DNA of 64,000 nucleotides, taken from positions 1-64,000 of the IMG/VR virus record IMGVR_UViG_3300025317_000002; one strand, given 5' to 3'. The notes below the pieces were generated by a model, which did not search any database, was not told the origin of the DNA, and worked only from the letters and a program-made list of their open reading frames with translations. A program made the translations under genes and the position numbers. Shown here piece by piece: positions 57,259 through 64,000 of the stretch; position 1 is the first letter of the stretch, and each line of letters opens with the position of its first letter. This DNA comes from a virus.

Positions 57259-57861
57259 CTAGGCATTTGGGATCATTGTCATATCTATTGAAGCTCGATT
57301 GGTTTGAGCTTCCTGAATCCAGGCCATCGTATAGGTGGCTAAAAGGGAGTCTCCTTCAAAGATTCCTCCTGTAGCCATATGGAATTCGTCTTGACTCTTC
57401 CGAAACTCCTGAATAACAAGCTCAAGTCTAAGAATATCCAGAGATCTCAAGATGTCTTCTAGGGAGATAAGAATAGAATGAATTCCTACTCGAGTAGAAG
57501 TCCAAGCTAAATAAGTTACTCCAAGTTGCATGTAGGTTTCATCAGGGGAAGCAGGATTGGTAAAAGTCAAAACTCTTCTTACATCCGGAGAATAATTTCT
57601 ACCATTTAGTTCATTTGGTTTGGACTTAAAAAGCCACTCTGAGAACTCCTGAATCCAAGCTATCTTGGATATCGACACGTTGTAAGTTGAGGCAGCATAG
57701 AGATCAGAGTGAACATCACCATTCCAGATCTCAGGAGTCGGGGAAAATAGTTTTATGATGTCTACAATTTGTACAAAGTCTAAAAGAGGACCTTTGTTCT
57801 CCATTGCTTCTTTCGCCAGGCTTTTCATAAGTTCTACCATTTCTTGAACATAGTTTTTCAA
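57259..57861 (-). CDS. Hypothetical protein
   Basis: GGAGG RBS; TTGA overlap with the upstream gene. Confidence 0.65.
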   Translation of the reverse strand: MKNYVQEMVELMKSLAKEAMENKGPLLDFVQIVDIIKLFSPTPEIWNGDVHSDLYAASTYNVSISKIAWIQEFSEWLFKSKPNELNGRNYSPDVRRVLTFTNPASPDETYMQLGVTYLAWTSTRVGIHSILISLEDILRSLDILRLELVIQEFRKSQDEFHMATGGIFEGDSLLATYTMAWIQEAQTNRASIDMTMIPNA

Positions 57862-60800
57862 GAACCCTCCTCAAGTGGTGTTATTTTATATTTCAACAAG
57901 AAATGTGTATCATGTTTATCGAGCTCGACAAGAAGATTTTGGATCTCGACTCCATCTCGTGGGGCCCAAGCGAGCCTAAGAGGGCTCTTATCTATCGTAA
58001 CTGGAAATTCAAATGTAATCTCTACAGAGCCTTCTGCATAGGTAAGCCTCACCTTTGAAACACCTCGATTGATATTAGAAATTTCGGGGTCTTCCTTCCC
58101 ATCTACAAAGACAATATGAAGTTCATCCTGAACGGAAAGAAGTGGGATACACTCATAGACTACTTCTGGAATAATAGGCCCAGAAGGAGGCCTATCTAAC
58201 CAAATTTCAACAGCAATGGACTCGTCTTGACTAAGATCATAGACCCTTCTTTCTCTTGGCTTCTTATCCAAATTCAGTCCCGTGATACGATCCTGGTCGT
58301 TCCAAAAGGTAAGTGGACAGCTTAAAGACAAGAAGATCTTTGATTCTAGGTTAAACGAGACATCCCTCAATTCTGAGAAGGCTGAAGTTACAATCTCACC
58401 TTTATCCGTTCGTCCTACTAGATGGTTATTTGGAATTTCCTTCCAACCGGGAAGCGTGCAAACTCCGTCTGCTCCTTTTTGGATGGTTGGATTCTTGGAA
58501 CGATGAGTGTTGTTAATAAAGCGGGAAATGATAGAGGCATACCATACTCCACGCTTCACCTGGAGAGATAAGGAAGTAAGGCCTGCTCCTCGGTAACCTC
58601 TATAGATCGAATTCGTAGGGTTGGTGAATGTGCAAAAGACCGCAGAATACTTAGGTCTGTGAAAGACAAAGAAATCTTCTTCCCCTGGGTCACCAAAAAC
58701 ATGTTCGGATCGAAGCCCTAATGTTGCAGGAGGTTCCCATTCCTCCGAATTTGGATTTAGTTCCTCACTCTTCTGAATCAGAGTTTCCAGATGGTCATTG
58801 TAATGAAGAAATACTGAGAGTGGATTGAAGTGTATCCATTTGTGCCACTGATTTCCTTCAGATCTCTTTTGACCTATCTCTCCCTTGGAGATAAACATAT
58901 AGCCTGGACTAGCCAAGGTGCCTTCTATAGCTCGGGTAAGCCTTGATTTGAACTTCTCATAATCAGGATAGAGTTGTTCGAATCTTCTCTTAAGAAATGG
59001 CCAGGAATTTAGCTCAAATTCTGGAACGGAAAGATAGGGCACCGCAGCGGTTGAGCCATGCTCCTGCCAATAGGTGAAGCTATGAAGTGTGTTGGTCCGG
59101 TTGTCATAGCTATTTCCTGCAACATAGTTATTTCTCTGAAATCGCTTACTCCAATGTAAACCTTGAACTTGAGCTCGAAGGGAAGCAAGTTTCTGGATAG
59201 TTGCCCCAACTCTCTTTTGATAGACGGGATCTTCAATTTCTTCAGCAAGATTGAAAAGTTCAACTAGGTGGTCCATCATGAGCCCCATATAGGAACTATT
59301 AATCGTACCATCCATGAGCCCAACACCTGAAGAAGCAAATCCCTTAGTTCCTCCCGCAACACCAAAATTGGCTCTAGACTTTAGATCAACCAGAAGCTTC
59401 GTCCATTTTTCTCGAATATTTACTACTTGCTGTATGTCCCTAACGCCAAATTTATTGAGGAGCCCAAGAAGGCGGGTAACAAAGCAAACGGCAGCCAGAT
59501 CCATATCTGTTTCCATGTCCCCAATCGAGAGATAATTCGTCTCGCTTGACGGGGCATGAAGAACATAGCCCATCTTTTCCAGTGTTCGGAGCCAGGCCAT
59601 CTTCACTGGATCTGGAAGCGAAGAGTTACACATCCTCGTGAGAACAAAAGCGGAATAATTTAGATTGAAGCCAAGCGTCTTGAAAAGATAGAAACTCGAT
59701 AGAGAAACGGAGTTCGAGATAAAGAGAAGATCTAAAAGGGACACAACAAGAACTCGGTTCAGAAGCTCATCTTGATAAGAGATAACTGGATTTGCTTTAT
59801 CCTGCCAGGTACCAAAGTATGCTCCAATGGTTACAATATCTGGACGCACAGGAAGATGAATCGAACCTTCTTTGAAGACGCTCTCCCAAGTAAAAAGCTC
59901 AGGAGGAAGGAGCATGAAGTCTTTCAGGATTCCAAGGAGATTAGAGCCACCGTGAAGAGATCCTAGCATGTAAGCTGTCTTCCAGAGCCCAAATTGCTTA
60001 TACCAGATTTCTCGCTTTTCTAAAGAGAAATCAAGTGCATCCTCTAAAATCTCAAAATTCGCTTTGTCTGAGGTGAGTTTCTTGAGATAAGCAAACAAAA
60101 TTTCCTCATTCTCATCTTTCGGATAGAAATCTTTTGTATCTGGATCATACCGAAAGTAAACTTGATTTCCAAGAGTCTGAGTAACAGAGGAATTCTGAAT
60201 ATTAGGTTTGAAAGCATATCCTCCTACCACATCCTGAAGATAATTTTCCTTCTTGAGATCATAAAGATCCCCCCCTTTCTGATCAAAAGTCCATTGTGCT
60301 CGAAGCCCGACTCGAAGTGAATTTGCTTGAGCTAAAGATGGTACCCTCCGAGAATCAACATTTCTATCTTCTCCACTATAGAGCCTAGCAAATTCTTGCC
60401 CAGAAAGAGAACGCTCATAGATCCGCAGATCATCCATCCAGAATCCCACGGAACCATATTGGGTTTTGTTTGACCCACCACAACCAAGCATAATTGGAGT
60501 TGTAGGCTGGATAGTAGATGGAAAACTACTATTAGCTAGAGTTAAGATCAGATTTGATTTTCTACCATCTACGAAGAAGGCTAAGGAATCTTCCTCCCGA
60601 TTGAGAGAAATAGCTAAATGGTACCAAACATTAGGCAAAAGCATTATAGACCCGAAAGTTGAGTAAAATGGATCGGCCCAAAGATCAGGAGTAATTCCAC
60701 GATTTGCATCCGGGGCACGAAATCCCACCACAAAAGCTCCAAAACCGAGGGAGAAGATCTTACCAACCTCAGAACCTATTTTCTTGATTGGGATGCACTT

Positions 60801-61022
60801 TCCTGTATAAGAAAGCCAGAAGGCTACGGAAAAGCTTCCCTGGTTAGGGGAGAGTCCTCCTTCTTGAAAGGAAGCTAAGGCTTCCTTGGGGAGGAGAAGG
60901 TAATCTTCAACGATTCTGGTCTTAGGAAGGTGGACAGCGTAATTTCTCTCCAGAAGATTATCCACAGGTAACTTTCTAACCAAATTTCCCCCGATCAGGC
61001 TTTCATCCCGACTACCCGGCAA
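57858..61022 (-). CDS. Large protein with an N-terminal LamG/concanavalin-like domain
   Basis: SFSVAFW, NVWYHLAI, FFVDG, MDDLRIYERSLS..E. Confidence 0.8.
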   Translation of the reverse strand: MPGSRDESLIGGNLVRKLPVDNLLERNYAVHLPKTRIVEDYLLLPKEALASFQEGGLSPNQGSFSVAFWLSYTGKCIPIKKIGSEVGKIFSLGFGAFVVGFRAPDANRGITPDLWADPFYSTFGSIMLLPNVWYHLAISLNREEDSLAFFVDGRKSNLILTLANSSFPSTIQPTTPIMLGCGGSNKTQYGSVGFWMDDLRIYERSLSGQEFARLYSGEDRNVDSRRVPSLAQANSLRVGLRAQWTFDQKGGDLYDLKKENYLQDVVGGYAFKPNIQNSSVTQTLGNQVYFRYDPDTKDFYPKDENEEILFAYLKKLTSDKANFEILEDALDFSLEKREIWYKQFGLWKTAYMLGSLHGGSNLLGILKDFMLLPPELFTWESVFKEGSIHLPVRPDIVTIGAYFGTWQDKANPVISYQDELLNRVLVVSLLDLLFISNSVSLSSFYLFKTLGFNLNYSAFVLTRMCNSSLPDPVKMAWLRTLEKMGYVLHAPSSETNYLSIGDMETDMDLAAVCFVTRLLGLLNKFGVRDIQQVVNIREKWTKLLVDLKSRANFGVAGGTKGFASSGVGLMDGTINSSYMGLMMDHLVELFNLAEEIEDPVYQKRVGATIQKLASLRAQVQGLHWSKRFQRNNYVAGNSYDNRTNTLHSFTYWQEHGSTAAVPYLSVPEFELNSWPFLKRRFEQLYPDYEKFKSRLTRAIEGTLASPGYMFISKGEIGQKRSEGNQWHKWIHFNPLSVFLHYNDHLETLIQKSEELNPNSEEWEPPATLGLRSEHVFGDPGEEDFFVFHRPKYSAVFCTFTNPTNSIYRGYRGAGLTSLSLQVKRGVWYASIISRFINNTHRSKNPTIQKGADGVCTLPGWKEIPNNHLVGRTDKGEIVTSAFSELRDVSFNLESKIFLSLSCPLTFWNDQDRITGLNLDKKPRERRVYDLSQDESIAVEIWLDRPPSGPIIPEVVYECIPLLSVQDELHIVFVDGKEDPEISNINRGVSKVRLTYAEGSVEITFEFPVTIDKSPLRLAWAPRDGVEIQNLLVELDKHDTHFLLKYKITPLEEGS

Positions 61023-61204
61023 ATTCCCTTCCAGTCCTTAAGTCTAGCAATCTTGATTGCCTCTTTCCGGGCATCACAGATAGTACCTGAAACCTCAACC
61101 CGTTCTTTGCCAATTTCAAATACCCACACCCGGTGGGGACCAATATAGGCAAAGCCTCAAGGAGATTTACGAGGTTTCGATGATATCAATTGATCATTTC
61201 CCAT
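60995..61204 (-). pseudogene. Small phage ORF interrupted by one TGA
   Basis: MGNDQLISSKPRKSP*GFAYIGPHRVWVFEIG...GTICDARKEAIKIA; TGA at 61159-61157. Confidence 0.5.
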
Positions 61205-61220
61205 TATCTTTATCTAGACG

Positions 61221-61970
61221 CTAACTTTTTCTATTTGGGCCAAATGGCTTTTCGTAGTAGAGTGCACAGACACACTGGGGAAAACAACGTAGCGATAAGG
61301 AACCGGGCACAGTTCCTAGAGAATATGAATTATAGGGAGAATTTCTTTCCATTCTAAGACAATCAGGACAATAGAATTCAGCTTCCTCTCTTACCCAATG
61401 AAATCTTACTTCGCCGCCAAGCGCGTTGGTAATGGAAATTACCCTGAAGACAAGTGCGATTCCCTTGAAAGCCGACAAATAGAGATCTAGATCTGGGGAA
61501 GCTCTGCTCCCTAAAATCCGAGTAATTTCCTTGGACAATTTTGGAAGGGTAAGTTGAAGCTCCTCTTGAAATCTAGGATGTCTTACTAGGGAAGAAGAAG
61601 GCCTCTCCCCAAAGAGGGGAGGGATTGGGAAAAGGGGTTTGTCCTTGTCTACAAAGAGAGCCAAGGCCAAAAACACCCGGTTCAAGATTTTGAAGACATC
61701 CGAGCCTAGATTCGAGCGGCTTCCTATTATAGGATCTGATCCATAGACTTTCTCCTCCGCATCCACATTTACAAAAAGGAGATCTTGACTTGGAGAGAGA
61801 TTCCTTTCTTTATCTTCTAAGGGAATCCTGGAAGGACTGACTCCGAGAAACTTCACGCGAAGTTGAAGAAGAGAGGAAGCTACCCTCTTCAACTCTAAAT
61901 CCAAATTAGGAGGAACTAAGATTTTCTTCTTATCCAAGAAGGAGGAGTTTTTCTTTGCTTTCGTCTGCAT
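61221..61970 (-). CDS. Head morphogenesis protein, MuF / SPP1 gp7-like C-terminus
   Basis: FHWV...YCPDC...PGS...RCFPQCVC; GGAGG before ATG 61970; near the portal gene. Confidence 0.65.
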   Translation of the reverse strand: MQTKAKKNSSFLDKKKILVPPNLDLELKRVASSLLQLRVKFLGVSPSRIPLEDKERNLSPSQDLLFVNVDAEEKVYGSDPIIGSRSNLGSDVFKILNRVFLALALFVDKDKPLFPIPPLFGERPSSSLVRHPRFQEELQLTLPKLSKEITRILGSRASPDLDLYLSAFKGIALVFRVISITNALGGEVRFHWVREEAEFYCPDCLRMERNSPYNSYSLGTVPGSLSLRCFPQCVCALYYEKPFGPNRKS

Positions 61971-62118
61971 TCTCAAATTTCCTCCCTGGTATTCTACATT
62001 GGCAGGAATATCGAACAACTTCCACAGGATCTACTTGCCCTTTGAAATTACGTGGCATATATACAGGTCCCCCGCAGTAAGGGCAGCTTGAAACTTGCTT
62101 TAACTCTTCATTCTTCAT
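61930..62118 (-). CDS. Small Zn-ribbon protein
   Basis: CPYCGGPVY...YSCQC; GAGG RBS. Confidence 0.55.
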   Translation of the reverse strand: MKNEELKQVSSCPYCGGPVYMPRNFKGQVDPVEVVRYSCQCRIPGRKFENADESKEKLLLLG

Positions 62119-62455
62119 TGTCTTTTTCCTCTTTCTTTTTCTCACACCTAATTTTTGGCCCCTCCTTCCAACCATAAACCAATCTTCCCTCTCGAACAAG
62201 TCGAGTTAGCTTTCGTCCCGGAATTATCTGAACTTTAACTCTCTCCCCAAGGTGGATGATTCCATTTGGGGTTGATTTGGTAATAGGCTTAGCAACAATC
62301 GGTCGAAACAAAAAGTCTCCACGTAGGAAAACGTAGTTACCTTGAGCCAGGGTTTCCATAATGACTTCCAGAGTCTTGTTGAGAACAGTCAAGACTTCTT
62401 CAAAGGGAATTGTGGTTTCCTTGGAAACTTGTTTGGCTAACTCACGTCTACGCAT
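62108..62455 (-). CDS. hup: HU/IHF family histone-like DNA-binding protein
   Basis: MRRRELAKQVS...I.ETLAQG..VFLRG..F...VQIIPGRKL. Confidence 0.8.
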   Translation of the reverse strand: MRRRELAKQVSKETTIPFEEVLTVLNKTLEVIMETLAQGNYVFLRGDFLFRPIVAKPITKSTPNGIIHLGERVKVQIIPGRKLTRLVREGRLVYGWKEGPKIRCEKKKEEKDNEE

Positions 62456-63995
62456 GAAGATCCGCCTTTTCGGGATCAAAGGAGTTAACGGAGCCTGGAG
62501 CAGGTAAAATATCCCGCCTCACATATTTTCCGCCACTGATCCTTCCCCTACAAGCTGCATCTAACTCTGTCAGATCTTTAAGGTGTCCAAGCCTTTGCAC
62601 AAAATCTGGATCTTCATCCAAAACATCCGCCACGATTTGGTTGGCCTTTTGCAGGTCCTCCATTGGCATATTCTTAGCAATATTGGAAGGGGCTCCAAGA
62701 ACTGCCTTCGGGTCTGGAAATACTCTTTTTATCATCTCGTCTTCCATTCCCAGAATATTGGAGAGAATATAGAGCGTCCAAGTTGCAGGATTTAACATAA
62801 GTTGTGTGCCAACATTGAAGAGACGTTCCGCCACTCCTACTTTGATCTGTAGAGTTTCTAGTCTCTGCGTCTCAGCGAGCTGGGAGACAACCGTCATCAT
62901 GAGCTGATAGATCAAGTGCTTTGGAATAAACCCTCGTGCAGCCATGTGAACGTCAATTGTTCTTCGAAGCCCGATTATGACTGCCTTTTGCACTTTGAGA
63001 ATCGTTCTGGCATAGCGAATATCCTGCTGGGCTAAGCTTAGCCTAGTTACAAATGCTGCTGGAAGATCTGATTCCTGAGAAAGATAAACACGAGGAACCT
63101 TGAGTCCAGCATACATACGAGACTTGAAGTAATCGATTCCTCCAAGATCCCTTCCTCCGACTGTTCCGGGAAGCTTGACTACATCCGAAGTTGAGCCTGA
63201 CATAACTGGCCACCAGATATCGTCATCATAAATGGAGGCCAGCCAGTTGCTTTTGAATTCTCCGGTAACCGGATCAATGTAATTTCGTTTCTTGTAAGCC
63301 GAACGCCATCTCTTAATAATACGCAGACGTTCTTCGGGAGTGGCGTTACCAGTATCGATCTTGTAGAGAAATCTGTCAGGTGCTCGAAGAATCTCGTAGA
63401 TGAAGACATTATCTTCTAACATCTTGACCCGCTTCCAGTTATCCCGAATTGGAAGAAAAAGAGAATCTCCGTAGATAGAATCTGGAGTTCGGGAGGGAAG
63501 GATATAGTGTGTAAACTCCCAGGGGTGAAGCTCCTTGTCAATTTTTGGCATAGGAACGGAAGAAACATCTCCCGAATTTATGATTTTGTAGCCTTTTGTA
63601 TTTCCCATGAAATCAACATTTTTCATTACATCTCTCGCTGGAAAATACTTAGCTCCGTAAACACCATCTCTGACAAAGAGCATGTCGAATACGTCCCCAA
63701 ACTTAGCAAGGGTCCTGCAAAGAGAAGGAAGCCGCGAATCGATATTAAGAGAAGCCAAAACCCTCTCCCCTTCCTTAAGTATTGTCTTCTCTTTGGCATC
63801 GATCCAAGCGGAGGATTGGTGTTGTGGGTCAATCTGAATAGCATCTTCCGCTACCAAATCCAAGAAAGCAGAAGTATCAGGATACTGATCCATGGCTTCA
63901 TAATCCCGATACATCTGCAATCTAGAGAAATCTGGTTGGAACTGAGATTGAAGCCACTCATAGACTCCTCCCTGATAGAGAGCACTTCCATCCAT
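62448..63995 (-). CDS. gp20: Portal protein, T4 gp20 family (start may lie beyond the window)
   Basis: YRDYEAMD, KFGDVF, YGDS, LEDNVFIYEILRAPDR..YKIDTGN, DDIWWP, LKVPRVYL, LAQQDIRYARTI. Confidence 0.95.
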   Translation of the reverse strand: MDGSALYQGGVYEWLQSQFQPDFSRLQMYRDYEAMDQYPDTSAFLDLVAEDAIQIDPQHQSSAWIDAKEKTILKEGERVLASLNIDSRLPSLCRTLAKFGDVFDMLFVRDGVYGAKYFPARDVMKNVDFMGNTKGYKIINSGDVSSVPMPKIDKELHPWEFTHYILPSRTPDSIYGDSLFLPIRDNWKRVKMLEDNVFIYEILRAPDRFLYKIDTGNATPEERLRIIKRWRSAYKKRNYIDPVTGEFKSNWLASIYDDDIWWPVMSGSTSDVVKLPGTVGGRDLGGIDYFKSRMYAGLKVPRVYLSQESDLPAAFVTRLSLAQQDIRYARTILKVQKAVIIGLRRTIDVHMAARGFIPKHLIYQLMMTVVSQLAETQRLETLQIKVGVAERLFNVGTQLMLNPATWTLYILSNILGMEDEMIKRVFPDPKAVLGAPSNIAKNMPMEDLQKANQIVADVLDEDPDFVQRLGHLKDLTELDAACRGRISGGKYVRRDILPAPGSVNSFDPEKADLHA

Positions 63996-64000
63996 ACTGG

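Noticed and set aside
1-64000. Genome-wide stop-codon reassignment (TAG or TGA)
   Set aside because: Core genes are full length in the standard code and many end in TAG or TGA immediately before the next start; only three small frames have internal stops
1-64000. tRNA or rRNA genes
   Set aside because: No cloverleaf with a T-loop and acceptor stem was recognised by eye in the intergenic gaps; tRNAscan-SE would be needed to exclude them

Overview
This window is a 64-kb piece of a large tailed phage with T4-like head proteins and a contractile tail. Left end: a gene start running off the minus strand, then about 2.3 kb of non-coding DNA with a hairpin-dense GC-rich stretch, phased TGTCAA boxes and six 19-bp tandem repeats (origin or control region candidate). 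A plus-strand block (2383-52104) follows. It holds RHH and Bro-N regulators, basic putative internal head proteins, a fused gp21 protease/scaffold, gp23 capsid, neck, sheath, tube, hub/chaperone, tape measure, amidase, a 2515-aa fibre, a stand-alone response regulator, holin-like genes, a GIY-YIG/NUMOD3 endonuclease, baseplate genes and twin fibre genes. A convergent minus-strand block (52105-64000) holds a deoxynucleoside kinase fused to an RNAP alpha-CTD-like domain, a catalytic-only class II Asn/Asp-tRNA-synthetase paralogue, an HNH-AP2 nuclease in-frame inside a WDGH-motif protein, a LamG protein, a MuF/gp7-like protein, HU and the gp20 portal. The strongest candidate for an undescribed system is a shared ~25-aa helical tag, often ending in a gp21-type I/L-x-E site, on about ten unrelated proteins (candidate capsid-loading signal). 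Other notable signals are one FN3-like module reused six times across virion proteins, a probable frameshifted hub/chaperone pair, and a structured RNA before the homing endonuclease. All family calls come from motif recognition by eye; no searches were run.
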